DNA of 64,000 nt, taken from NCBI GenBank assembly GCA_003278465.1, contig QCFC01000002.1, forward strand, positions 23,865 through 87,864, in the 5' to 3' direction. The notes below the pieces were generated by a model. It worked only from the letters and a program-made list of their open reading frames with translations, searched no databases and was not told the DNA's origin. The translations under genes and the position numbers were made by a program. This stretch comes from Prochlorococcus sp. AG-363-B04 (GTDB taxonomy: Bacteria; Cyanobacteriota; Cyanobacteriia; PCC-6307; Cyanobiaceae). This document shows positions 36,717 to 46,097 of the stretch, piece after piece; within the stretch, counting starts at the first letter, position 1, and every line of letters starts with the position of its first letter.

Positions 36717-36783
36717 ATAAAATCTATCTATATTAAAATATCCCTATTAACAATAGGGATATTTTAATATAGATAGATTTTAT
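36717..36783. repeat. 31-bp perfect inverted repeat with a 5-nt loop (67 nt total)
   Basis: ATAAAATCTATCTATATTAAAATATCCCTAT-taaca-ATAGGGATATTTTAATATAGATAGATTTTAT, verified base by base. Confidence 0.9.
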
Positions 36784-36790
36784 CTATGAT

Positions 36791-36907
36791 TTATTTTAAA
36801 CCAAGTGGGAAGAAGATGATATCAGGGCCAGCTAAAATAACTGATGATCCTATTATGATTGCAAGGATTTGCACCCCAATGAACTGACGCCAACGATAAG
36901 TAAACAT
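36791..36907 (-). CDS. possible 38-aa single-TM mini-protein (weak Ycf12/Psb30-like core)
   Basis: My translation is MFTYRWRQFIGVQILAIIIGSSVILAGPDIIFFPLGLK. The LAGPxIIF core is reminiscent of Psb30, but the termini do not match. Confidence 0.3.
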   Translation of the reverse strand: MFTYRWRQFIGVQILAIIIGSSVILAGPDIIFFPLGLK

Positions 36908-37163
36908 CTTTTTTAAAAAAGGATCAACGGATAATATCACATAACTCTTATATGATACAAGTCTTGTAAGAAGATGTTATTTATTTCTGGCTTTTCGTTT
37001 ACAATGCCATATGAATGCATTTTAATTTGACCTCTCATTTGCATAATCATATAGCACATGAGCTTGGTAATTTAGTGAAGAACTCTTTTTTATAATTTTA
37101 TAGTATTTAAATCGTGGTTGCTTGATGATTAATTTAAAATATTGCTATAAATTTTTTGCATAA

Positions 37164-37194
37164 AAATGAGGCTGGGACAAATCCAACCTCATTT
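37164..37194 (-). terminator. terminator-like hairpin downstream of 37225-37410
   Basis: Minus strand reads AAATGAGG-loop-CCTCATTTTTAT. Confidence 0.5.
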
Positions 37195-37224
37195 CTTCTT
37201 ATTTAATTATTTATTTTATTTTAT

Positions 37225-37410
37225 TTATAAACCCCATCCATCTGTGGGTTCATTTTTAGCTCTTGCATACCAATGGAAACTTGACACCTGAATAATTGCC
37301 ACTAACCCAAAGATAGCAGGAACTATTGACAAACCAGATGATGGCTTGACTAAACCAATGTCAGATGGGTGAGGTAGTTGTGTTGCGAAATCTAAGATGT
37401 GAGTGATCAT
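37225..37410 (-). CDS. small membrane protein, paralog B of the 19247-19438 family
   Basis: MITHILDFATQLPHPSDIGLVKPSSG...; the first 45 nt of coding DNA are almost identical to paralog A. Confidence 0.55.
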   Translation of the reverse strand: MITHILDFATQLPHPSDIGLVKPSSGLSIVPAIFGLVAIIQVSSFHWYARAKNEPTDGWGL

Positions 37411-37433
37411 CGCTAAATAAGTTAATCCAGACC

Positions 37434-37484
37434 CTTATAACCCAAAAGCCAGCCTAAGAAGCAAATATTGTTGCACCTTGAAAA
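37434..37484 (-). promoter_or_regulatory. conserved upstream architecture, copy B
   Basis: Same blocks and same N24/N23 spacings as 19459-19509. Confidence 0.5.
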
Positions 37485-37724
37485 CTCAGGAGCGTTGTTT
37501 TCCCAAGTAGTATGGCATGTAAAATTTGATTGGATCCCTGAGACTCTTTCTGCGGGAGGAGATCTGGCGTGTCATTGCAACCAGGAGAGCTTGTTATAGT
37601 AATTCGCCTAGTTGTCGCTAGTTCCCTACGACAACGCTGACCTAAGGTGGTTATTGCTAAAGGTATGTTAGATAGGTCTATAGAAGTTATTTCTTGTTTT
37701 TTTACCCAATAATTTGGAATTATT

Positions 37725-38324
37725 GTGAACAATCAATTTAAAGGTCTTTTTTTTACCGTTCTTTTTCCTTCAATATTGGTTTATGTGATTATCTTAAGAC
37801 TTTCTATATTGGCTGATATTGAACCAGGCTTGGTATTAAGAGATTTAATCCAGACTTGTAATTATCCTATAGGTGTAGGGATGATATCAAATTTAGGTGT
37901 ATTGCTTTGGGCGGGAGCAGCTGCAGTTACTTCTTTTGTTGTTTTTTCAGGCTTGGTAAAAAATTCTAGCTGGAACTTATTTCTGAAATTTGGAGCATAT
38001 TCATCTATGTTGTTATGCTTAGATGATTTTTTTCTTCTTCATGATAGATATATAAGTCAGGATATTCTTTATTCAGCTTATGTTATATTTGGTATTTATT
38101 TATTATCTAGATTTCGTGGCTTAATACTTAGCTCCTCTTCTATATCTTTTTTAGCAGCAATATTTTTCTTAGGACTTTCTGTAATAAGTGATATATTTCA
38201 AGATTTCATGCCTGTTAGTTATGAGACAGTACAAATATTTGAGGAGGCATTTAAATTTTTAGGGATTTCATGTTGGTTATCTTTTTGGTCTTTGGCATCA
38301 TTAGCAGGGATAAAAAAAGGATAA
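37725..38324 (+). CDS. hypothetical polytopic membrane protein
   Basis: 199-aa ORF, GTG start, 5-6 TM helices. Confidence 0.5.
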   Translation: MNNQFKGLFFTVLFPSILVYVIILRLSILADIEPGLVLRDLIQTCNYPIGVGMISNLGVLLWAGAAAVTSFVVFSGLVKNSSWNLFLKFGAYSSMLLCLDDFFLLHDRYISQDILYSAYVIFGIYLLSRFRGLILSSSSISFLAAIFFLGLSVISDIFQDFMPVSYETVQIFEEAFKFLGISCWLSFWSLASLAGIKKG

Positions 38325-38426
38325 AACCTTTTGAATTGCCTTCTGTTATTGGATATGATTTTTTGTTTGCTTTAGCATATCAATCATCATTTTAACAAAT
38401 CATGACCTGTAAGATTTTTTTCTTCT

Positions 38427-38873
38427 ATGAAAATTTTAAAGTTAAGAAAGAAATCTTGTCTTTTTAGCTTAGGGATGGATATGATTTATGGATATCAAAT
38501 CAGATCTCTGAGAGTGTTTAAAGTCTTCCTTCCTTTGCTAGGCCTTCTAGCTAGCTTGCTCCTAGTTGTGACACCTTCGTTTGCAGCCGAATCTGTTCAG
38601 TCTCCAATGGCTTTCTTAGAGGCTAATACGAATGATGTCTTGGCTCCTATAAGTTTTAGACCTCCTCTCAGTAATTCAATAATATTTTTGAAGGTTGATA
38701 AAAGTAGTATGGTCAATAGGGAAAATACAATTGAAGGCAAAATAACAGACCCAAATTTTAATAAAATGAGAAACAGTACAGTTCCCAAAATCACTGCAGT
38801 GGCTTGGGTAATAGGATGCCTCAGTGTTGCTACACTTGTTCCACTAGGCACTTGGTGGTTCTTTGGCAGATAG
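38427..38873 (+). CDS. hypothetical secreted or membrane-anchored protein (start uncertain)
   Basis: Internal signal-like segment VFLPLLGLLASLLLVVTPSFAAES and a C-terminal TM helix. Confidence 0.4.
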   Translation: MKILKLRKKSCLFSLGMDMIYGYQIRSLRVFKVFLPLLGLLASLLLVVTPSFAAESVQSPMAFLEANTNDVLAPISFRPPLSNSIIFLKVDKSSMVNRENTIEGKITDPNFNKMRNSTVPKITAVAWVIGCLSVATLVPLGTWWFFGR

Positions 38874-39147
38874 AAAGTCTTTCTTTAATCAATAACTTTT
38901 AGGAAGTGATTTCTGGAAATCTTTTAAATACTATAATAAGATTTAGTATCATAACAATTGGCACGAATAGTAAGATTAAATTAATATTCTTTTTCATTGT
39001 CTTTTGTATGAGCATTAATTAAAATTTCCTTGCAGAGACCTCTTAAAACCATAGGTCTGAACTTAGATAGTTTCTTTCGTCTGCGTGCAGGTAGACTTTT
39101 AATACTGAAACCGCTTAAGTCAAACTTAAGCCATCCTCACTAAATCC

Positions 39148-39705
39148 ATGGCACGATATCCCATAGTTCATTGGTGCCTAACTCGTTTCCTGGGTTTTTC
39201 CCTTTGCCTTTTGATAGCCTTCCCGGCTTATGCGGTACTACAAGAAGGCGATGAAGTACCAAATTATGTCCGCGCAGATATAACAGGAATTGATCTTCAT
39301 GGTCAGGACCTTTCCAAATCCTCTATTGCTGGAGCAGTTGCCAGAGATGCTGATCTCAGTAATGTAGACCTTCATGGAACTGTCTTAACTCTCTCTGACT
39401 TGAAAGGGGCCAATTTAAATGGAATTGATTTAACAGACACACTTGCTGATAGAGTTAATTTTCAGAAAACTGATCTTAGAAATGCAGTTCTAATTAATAT
39501 GATTGCTTCAGGCAGTAGTTTTGCTGGTGCAAGAATTGAAGGGGCTGACTTTACATTTGCAGTTTTGGACAGTGATGACCAGAAAAACCTTTGTGAACAA
39601 GCAGACGGAGTAAATCCTACTACTGGTGTATCAACTCGGGAGAGCCTTGAATGTTCAACACAGATAGGTGGAGGTTATAAGCCAGCTCTTCCTTCAGATT
39701 ATTAA
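39148..39705 (+). CDS. pentapeptide-repeat protein with signal peptide (thylakoid-lumen type)
   Basis: Runs of A(D/N)LxX pentapeptides ([31 protein letters not shown]...). Confidence 0.85.
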   Translation: MARYPIVHWCLTRFLGFSLCLLIAFPAYAVLQEGDEVPNYVRADITGIDLHGQDLSKSSIAGAVARDADLSNVDLHGTVLTLSDLKGANLNGIDLTDTLADRVNFQKTDLRNAVLINMIASGSSFAGARIEGADFTFAVLDSDDQKNLCEQADGVNPTTGVSTRESLECSTQIGGGYKPALPSDY

Positions 39706-39929
39706 TTTAGCATTTGAATACCAAAAAATATTCATTCACAATCTATTTAGATTGTACTAAGTAGAGGAGTAGTTGACTTTAATTAAATAAGCGAATAAAT
39801 CTTCTATTAAATCTCAACAGTTGACCAAACTCATCGATATAGAATATAGTTTGATTTAATATATTATTTATTGTTTTGAGTTAAAATTATTTTGAAATAT
39901 CCTTTTTAAATCTTTCTCTGAATTCTTTT

Positions 39930-40289
39930 ATGAACTCTCAAGTTAGCAATTATCGAAATTTTTTATGTTGGACGTATCTGAGTCTTGCTATTGTAGGAGC
40001 AATTTTCCCTACGATATCAAATATAGAATTTATAAGATTATATGGACCAGGGTTTGATGTAATGCATTTTATTGAATTAGCAAATATTAATCCAGCAGCT
40101 GAGTCTCTCTCTAGAGATCTTCTTATTGGTGCAAGTTCATTTAGTATTTGGCTCTTTGTAGAAGGAAGACGCCTTGCAATGCGCAACTTATGGGTTGTTA
40201 TATTAAGTATGTTCTTAATCGCATTTGCCTGTGCTGCTCCTTTATTTCTTTACTTACGTGAGAGGAGATTGATCGAAATTGATTCGTAG
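39930..40289 (+). CDS. DUF2834-like small membrane protein
   Basis: Four hydrophobic helices, a C-terminal PLFLYLRERRL-type end and an internal SRDLLIG..FSIWLFVEGRR. Confidence 0.5.
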   Translation: MNSQVSNYRNFLCWTYLSLAIVGAIFPTISNIEFIRLYGPGFDVMHFIELANINPAAESLSRDLLIGASSFSIWLFVEGRRLAMRNLWVVILSMFLIAFACAAPLFLYLRERRLIEIDS

Positions 40290-40345
40290 CTCTCTTCCTT
40301 TTTTGTTGTTTTTTGTATGGATCTTAAGGATAGATTTTCTATTGG

Positions 40346-41515
40346 TTAATATCTTTTCTTGACGAACCTTAATAGAGGAAGAGCTAATAGACTCAATATT
40401 GTCATTAATAACCATAGGTTTATTCCGTGCCCATTCTTGTCTAGAAAATGACCAGCTATTAATGGTGCACAAAAAGAGCTTATTGCAAAACACTGAGAAT
40501 AAAACGAGAGCGCTAACCCCTGCTTTCTAATTGGAGTTGCTTCAATGACTGCTTCCGTTGCGGTTGGAAGGAAAGAAGCAATTGCAATTGATAGTGGTAT
40601 TTGCGCAAATAAAATAGTTATGATCCCTTCTTTCCAAATCGAAGAAAGGCTCATTAATAAGGATCCCATTCCAAATGCTATAAGACTTATGGTGAGTCCA
40701 AAACTAGGCTTCTTATTAGATAACCAGTTTCCTATAGGCCATTGAATTATTAGCAGTAATCCAAGTTGAATTGAGACAAAAATTCCACTCCATGACTCCT
40801 GAATTGCAGGACGAGCTAGTCCACCCCTGACAAGTTCTAAAGGTAAAGCACTTTGTAATAATGAGAAGATAGTGGTCGCAACAAGACTTATCAAAATAAT
40901 GGGAGTTAATAAAAACAACCATTCAATATCTTGTTCTTGAGTTCCTATATGATCTCTTTTTTGAGGAATATATTTTATAGTAAACCCATTCAATAAATTG
41001 CTCGATCTTAATAACTTTATTAGAAATAGCATGCATAATATATCTACTATGTAGATTAAACGGAGTGAATTGATTGATGCTGATAATGCCCCTATAAGGG
41101 TTCCTATGCTTATTCCTAGCGCATCAGAGCTTCTCGCTAGGGCATATCCTTTACTGGATGAGAAGTTTCTGCAATTTAATGGCACTGCCAGCTCAACAGT
41201 TGGCCAGTAAATGCCAGCTGCGATCCCAAATAGTAATTGACCTTGTATATATCCGTTGTAATTATTAGCCCTAAATAATGAGAGATCGGCGAAAATTGAT
41301 ACTATTGCTGTAATGATTATAGGCCATTTGTATTCGATACCTTTATCAAGAAAATAGCCAACACAGACCCTTGCCAAAGTTCCTATAAGAGCAGCTGCTG
41401 CGAGGCCATTGCCAACTTGTGTTGCAGAGAAACTAATCTGATTGAATACCATAGGAGTCATATAGATGACTCCTCCTGCCCCAATAGATGCTAAAAACCT
41501 CAATCTACTTACCAT
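40346..41515 (-). CDS. MFS transporter
   Basis: About 12 TM helices. ATG at 41515 (MVSRLRFLASIGAGG) is preferred, because the 63-aa N-terminal extension in the track is non-membrane-like and overlaps the divergent gene. Confidence 0.8.
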   Translation of the reverse strand: MVSRLRFLASIGAGGVIYMTPMVFNQISFSATQVGNGLAAAALIGTLARVCVGYFLDKGIEYKWPIIITAIVSIFADLSLFRANNYNGYIQGQLLFGIAAGIYWPTVELAVPLNCRNFSSSKGYALARSSDALGISIGTLIGALSASINSLRLIYIVDILCMLFLIKLLRSSNLLNGFTIKYIPQKRDHIGTQEQDIEWLFLLTPIILISLVATTIFSLLQSALPLELVRGGLARPAIQESWSGIFVSIQLGLLLIIQWPIGNWLSNKKPSFGLTISLIAFGMGSLLMSLSSIWKEGIITILFAQIPLSIAIASFLPTATEAVIEATPIRKQGLALSFYSQCFAISSFCAPLIAGHFLDKNGHGINLWLLMTILSLLALPLLRFVKKRY

Positions 41516-41586
41516 TCTCAGGCCTGAGGGGAACTGATTCCACCAGTTAGAGAGATTTTGCGGTGTCGCTAGTACGTCCAAAAGGA

Positions 41587-43155
41587 ATGAAATTTGTTGT
41601 TGGCCTCTTATGCAGTCTGTTTGTTGGTGGGCTCGGTGGCATGCCTTTAAAGGCTGCTGAAAGACTAGAGGTGCAATTAGATGGCATGTTGATCCCCATT
41701 TCAATACGCGAGCTCGTTGATTGGGAATCTTCTTCAGAACGTACTAATTCTGAATTGAATGTTTGGTTGAATCTGCTTGACAGAGAGAGCAGGGTTGGAC
41801 TTTTAAAACTTTTGCAAGCTCCACTTTTAAATAAAAGAAGTATGGCTAGGCAATTGTTACGGAGCTGGGCTGGTAGACAATTGCTTGAAGATGTAAGTAA
41901 TTTAATTCGTATTGATGGAGATAGTAGTGGTACTAAGGTTTTTAATACGTTAGAAAAATTGCTTGAAAATCAGTATGAGGTTTCCACAATAGATCTTCTT
42001 CAGGCCCTTCCTGCGGAAAAGATTCGAGTTGATTTAGATGCTCTTTTGCAGGTTGCAACCCGACTAAGAAATCAATTACAGAATCAACAAAAACTTTTAT
42101 TAAGTCTAGAGGAATTTTCATTAGATTATAGGCCCTTAAATTCGATTTCCTCTTCTTACAACTCTAATCAAAAGGTTTTTCCTGAACCTTTTGTTATGAA
42201 GGTTGCACATCGATCAGTTCCTTTGACATTAGAGATTTGGAGACCTCAAAAAACTAATATTTCCCAAAATAGTTGGGTGGTTTTGATGCCTGGACTAGGC
42301 GGTAGCCCTAATCATTTTCACTGGCTTTCTCGGCGGCTCAGCCAAAATGGTTGGCCAGTTGTAGTTCTAGATCATCCTGGTAGTGACTTGAGAGCAGTTA
42401 GAGCACTTTTAGAAGGAAGAAGTCCTCTTCCTGGCGCAGAGATGTTTAGTGAAAGACTTGCAGATTTAAATTCAGTTTTTCTGGCTAAAAAGAATGGAGA
42501 ATTAGAAATCGGAGGAGATAAATTAATACTTGTGGGGCATTCTCTAGGTGCATTAACTGCTTTATTGGCTTCTGGGGCTAGACCTGAGGTTGGCCTGAAG
42601 AATAGATGCTATAAGGAGTTATCTGATCTCTCTTTGATAAACCCTTCTTTACTGTTGCAGTGTCAATTAGTAGATGTTCCTCTAGAAAAGGGTGAAATCA
42701 GCAATTCTATAAAATCAATAATAGCTTTAAATAGTTTTGGAAGTTTGTTATGGCCTTCTTATGGATCAGCAGCATTATCGGCATCAGTGTTGTTGATAGG
42801 AGGAACTTTGGATTTGATAACGCCTCCTTTGAGTGAGCAACTTAGTTTGTTAATGTCTATTAAACCAAATGTATTTAGTCGTGTTTTTCTTGTCGAAGGT
42901 GCTAGTCATTTTTCTCCCATAAGAATAGAACCAAATATAGGTAATAAAAGAACAGATGATCTATTTAAATTAGGTGAAGAGTTTGTTGGCGTGAAGCCAT
43001 TTGAAGTCCAGAATTTACTTGCAGAACAAATTATTTTCTTCTTGGAAAATATAAATAATGGTCAAGAATCTATGCAATCAGGTTATAGAGAGATGGCAGG
43101 AGTTCGTGCTTACGTGTTAGATCGTTTTAATGTTGAGAGATTGTTAACTCAATAA
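41587..43155 (+). CDS. DUF1400-domain alpha/beta hydrolase
   Basis: Signal peptide, N-terminal LEVQLDGMLIPISIRELVDW (DUF1400-like), nucleophile elbow GHSLGA. Confidence 0.75.
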   Translation: MKFVVGLLCSLFVGGLGGMPLKAAERLEVQLDGMLIPISIRELVDWESSSERTNSELNVWLNLLDRESRVGLLKLLQAPLLNKRSMARQLLRSWAGRQLLEDVSNLIRIDGDSSGTKVFNTLEKLLENQYEVSTIDLLQALPAEKIRVDLDALLQVATRLRNQLQNQQKLLLSLEEFSLDYRPLNSISSSYNSNQKVFPEPFVMKVAHRSVPLTLEIWRPQKTNISQNSWVVLMPGLGGSPNHFHWLSRRLSQNGWPVVVLDHPGSDLRAVRALLEGRSPLPGAEMFSERLADLNSVFLAKKNGELEIGGDKLILVGHSLGALTALLASGARPEVGLKNRCYKELSDLSLINPSLLLQCQLVDVPLEKGEISNSIKSIIALNSFGSLLWPSYGSAALSASVLLIGGTLDLITPPLSEQLSLLMSIKPNVFSRVFLVEGASHFSPIRIEPNIGNKRTDDLFKLGEEFVGVKPFEVQNLLAEQIIFFLENINNGQESMQSGYREMAGVRAYVLDRFNVERLLTQ

Positions 43156-44168
43156 CGTATTCGTGGATCAAAGGCTGCCACAATCAAGTCAACTAATAAA
43201 CTTATAATTACTATTAAAAAAGCTATAACAACTACAATACCTTGAACCACAGGATAGTCACGTTGATTAATTGCTTCTTGCAGTCTTAGAGCTATACCAG
43301 GCCAAGAGAAGGTTATCTCAATAAGTAAGGCACCTCCTATTAGCGATGCAATTGTGATTCCTGTAATTGTTAAAACCGGAAGTAAGGCATTTGGTAAGGC
43401 ATGGTTTAAAACAACTTGTCGCTCATTAAGACCTCTAGATCGGGCTGCTTCTATATAATCTGTTCTCAGAATTCTTTTTAGGTTTAGATGAAGTGTTCGG
43501 CTAAAAACACCACTTAGTAATATTCCTAAAGTAGTTGCTGGTAGAAATAGATATCGGATGGTGCCTTTTAATGCTGGCCAATCTGCCTTGATGAGGCTAT
43601 CAATTATCAAAAAACCACTACCTTCTGGAGGAACAAGAGCAGGAGGGAAGCGCCCACCAACAGGAAACCAGCCAAGCGCTATTGCAAAGATAAGTTGTAC
43701 TAACATAGCCACCCAAAATGGAGGAAGTGCGTAAGTGCTAATTCCGTAGAGACGACCAGTTAGGTCAACATTGCTTTCAGGTTTAGCTATACCACTTAGG
43801 CCAACGCAAATGCCAACAAGTAAAGCTATAAAAAGAGCTGTTATCACTAGCTCTAGGCTTGCTGGTAGTGCTTTTCTGACTATTGAGCTGACAGGTTCTT
43901 CGTTTATAAGGGCTGTACCTAAATCACCTTGGAAGAGTCCTCCTATGAATTTTAGATATTGATGAAATAGTGGTTGATCTAGACCTAGTTTTATGCGCAT
44001 TGCTGTTCTGGCTGCTTCAGGAGCACGAGTACCAAGTACAGCATCAACAGGATCACCAGGTGCTACACGAAGTAGCAAGAAAACCAAGCTGGAAATCATC
44101 CAGATCATGATTGGGGTTAACGCTAGCCTGACTGCGCTATAGCGAATGAGATGGTTGCCTCTACTCAT
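43149..44168 (-). CDS. ABC transporter permease, DppB/OppB family
   Basis: N-terminal LLRVAPGDPV and an EAA-loop region (DYIEAARSRGL...). Confidence 0.9.
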   Translation of the reverse strand: MSRGNHLIRYSAVRLALTPIMIWMISSLVFLLLRVAPGDPVDAVLGTRAPEAARTAMRIKLGLDQPLFHQYLKFIGGLFQGDLGTALINEEPVSSIVRKALPASLELVITALFIALLVGICVGLSGIAKPESNVDLTGRLYGISTYALPPFWVAMLVQLIFAIALGWFPVGGRFPPALVPPEGSGFLIIDSLIKADWPALKGTIRYLFLPATTLGILLSGVFSRTLHLNLKRILRTDYIEAARSRGLNERQVVLNHALPNALLPVLTITGITIASLIGGALLIEITFSWPGIALRLQEAINQRDYPVVQGIVVVIAFLIVIISLLVDLIVAAFDPRIRY

Positions 44169-45756
44169 TAGGTAATTTTTTTAAACGTTCAAGTAGAAGT
44201 AGACCGCTACCATCGAATTCTGGCTTGGTTATATGAGGTTGTGTCCATGCTCTTGGCTTTACAATCCAGATAGGAATATAAGCAGACCCTTTTGCTGCTA
44301 GCTGATTAACTTTTTTCATTTGTTTAAGTCTTTCTTCACCATTGGATTTGTCGCCGAGTTTTAGAGCCTTTTGGATTTCATTAGAAGCCCAAAAGCTTCC
44401 ACTGACATTTGCTTCCCCTTTTTCACATGTTTTTTGATTGACTTTTGCGCAGCTTAACAATGGAGATAAATATGCTTCGGGATCTGGATAAGCTCCTCTC
44501 CAATCAAGTATTACAGCCTGAAAAGCTCCTTTACCAAGTTGCCTATATACAGTGGTGGACTCAACATTGTTTAATTTTAGTGAAAGGCACTTAGAAAGAT
44601 CTTTCTCGATTTGTTCTTTCCAGGTAAGGGCAAATAATTTATCAGCAGGAACATTTGATCTATAGGTAAAGATTATTTCTAGTTTGTTTCTAGTGCAAAA
44701 ACCCTCATTTTTTAGTAATTCTTCTGCCTTAACCGGGTCATAAATTGGCCAAGGAGATTCACTTTTGCTTTCAAGAACTGGTGGAACTAAGGATCTTAAT
44801 GGTTGTCTAAGTCCATAACTGACTCTTTCAGTAATTAATTTTCGGTTAATGCTTAATGCAAGAGCTTGGCGTAATCTTTCACGATTCAAAGGAGGTATAT
44901 TGCTCAACAATGTTATGTAGCCAATTTCTAGAGGATTACCAGTACCTTCCCTTAATTTTCCTTGTTGCGACAACTTGTGTAGAGCTAGACGTTGATCTTC
45001 ATCTAGAGAATTTCCAATCAGTACATCTATCTCACCTGACCGCATTGCCCCAAAAAGTGCAGTTGAATTACTCAAATTTATAAAGTTTATCCCAGTATTA
45101 GTTATTGACTTGTCCCAATATAAAGGAAATGGTTTTAGTCTTTGTTGCTGCGTATTGAAGGCTGTAAGAATGTAAGGTCCTGTCCCAATAAATTTTTTAT
45201 TTAGAAAATTATTTTTATAGTCTTTATATGATGTTGGTGAGACTGGGGTCAGATTAACTGATGTTAAAAGACCTCTTAGAGAGGTGGATGGTCGTTTTAA
45301 CTTTATCTTTAAAAGATATTTTGAAGGGGTTTCTATACTGCTAATTCGATCATCTATTAGATATTTTAATGTCCCAATTCTCATGAATCTTTTTAGACTA
45401 AAAGACATTGCTTCTGCATCAAAGCGAGTACCGTCATGAAAAAATATGTTTTTGCGGAGAGGGATTGAGATAGTAAGACCATCTTTACTAATCAACGGTG
45501 GTTTGCTTGCTAGCCTTGGTTCAAGATCTCCATTTTTTTGAAGTCTGTAAAGTGGTTCTCCTAAAGCACTTAAGAGTTGTAATGTGTTAAATGTACTTAC
45601 CTGTGCTGGATCAATTGATTTGATCTTCCCTGCACTAGCTACAATTAGTTCAGTACTTTTTCTTGAGGAAGTGCAAGAGAGGAGGGAGAATAAAAGTAGG
45701 CAAAGTTTAAAAAAAAGCGCCCAACCTGAGTAGAGATTTCGCTTAGTTATTGTCAA
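44161..45756 (-). CDS. ABC transporter substrate-binding protein, family 5 (peptide/nickel type)
   Basis: Lipoprotein-like N-terminus (LLSC), family-5 SBP length and motifs (FHDGTRFDAEA, GTGPY). Overlaps the permease start by 8 nt. Confidence 0.85.
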   Translation of the reverse strand: MTITKRNLYSGWALFFKLCLLLFSLLSCTSSRKSTELIVASAGKIKSIDPAQVSTFNTLQLLSALGEPLYRLQKNGDLEPRLASKPPLISKDGLTISIPLRKNIFFHDGTRFDAEAMSFSLKRFMRIGTLKYLIDDRISSIETPSKYLLKIKLKRPSTSLRGLLTSVNLTPVSPTSYKDYKNNFLNKKFIGTGPYILTAFNTQQQRLKPFPLYWDKSITNTGINFINLSNSTALFGAMRSGEIDVLIGNSLDEDQRLALHKLSQQGKLREGTGNPLEIGYITLLSNIPPLNRERLRQALALSINRKLITERVSYGLRQPLRSLVPPVLESKSESPWPIYDPVKAEELLKNEGFCTRNKLEIIFTYRSNVPADKLFALTWKEQIEKDLSKCLSLKLNNVESTTVYRQLGKGAFQAVILDWRGAYPDPEAYLSPLLSCAKVNQKTCEKGEANVSGSFWASNEIQKALKLGDKSNGEERLKQMKKVNQLAAKGSAYIPIWIVKPRAWTQPHITKPEFDGSGLLLLERLKKLPNE

Positions 45757-45768
45757 AATATAGAGAGG

Positions 45769-45978
45769 CTATATCCCTTCCATAAGGGAAATTGGGTGTT
45801 TAACCTTGTCAGTGCAATGAGAAATTTGCTTAATAGATACCTCAAAAACGGGTGATCCGTTGGCCATTAATGGCCAACGCCTAATCCAACATCGATTTTG
45901 GCTATCATCAATTCCAATAACTTGGAAGAACTCTTCTTCTCCATGAAGTTGAATACAATCACCCTGATGAAGTGTCAT
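45769..45978 (-). CDS. hypothetical small protein
   Basis: 69-aa ORF, tightly packed upstream of the SBP gene. Confidence 0.45.
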   Translation of the reverse strand: MTLHQGDCIQLHGEEEFFQVIGIDDSQNRCWIRRWPLMANGSPVFEVSIKQISHCTDKVKHPISLMEGI

Positions 45979-46097
45979 GTTGTTACTTATGGGTTGGGCA
46001 AATTATTGCCTCAGAAAACCATCTGAGCTAGTTCGCCTAGAAGATGATCTGTTCAACTTTGGACCATTTTGAGTTGGTTTGCCAGTGGTTTGTTTGC

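Noticed and set aside
36791-36907. Assigning the 38-aa ORF as psb30/ycf12
   Set aside because: Only the LAGPxIIF core resembles Psb30. The N-terminus and the characteristic basic C-terminus (RRG.L) do not match.
37454-37732. 92-aa minus-strand ORF upstream of paralog B
   Set aside because: It spans the conserved promoter-like blocks shared with the 19.4-kb paralog. There the equivalent region has no matching ORF, so it is most likely non-coding.
40346-41704. Longest-ORF version of the MFS gene (452 aa) and the GTG-started version of the hydrolase (41563)
   Set aside because: The extra 63 N-terminal residues are Cys/His/Gln-rich and non-membrane, and they overlap the divergent gene. The internal ATGs at 41515 and 41587 give canonical N-termini.
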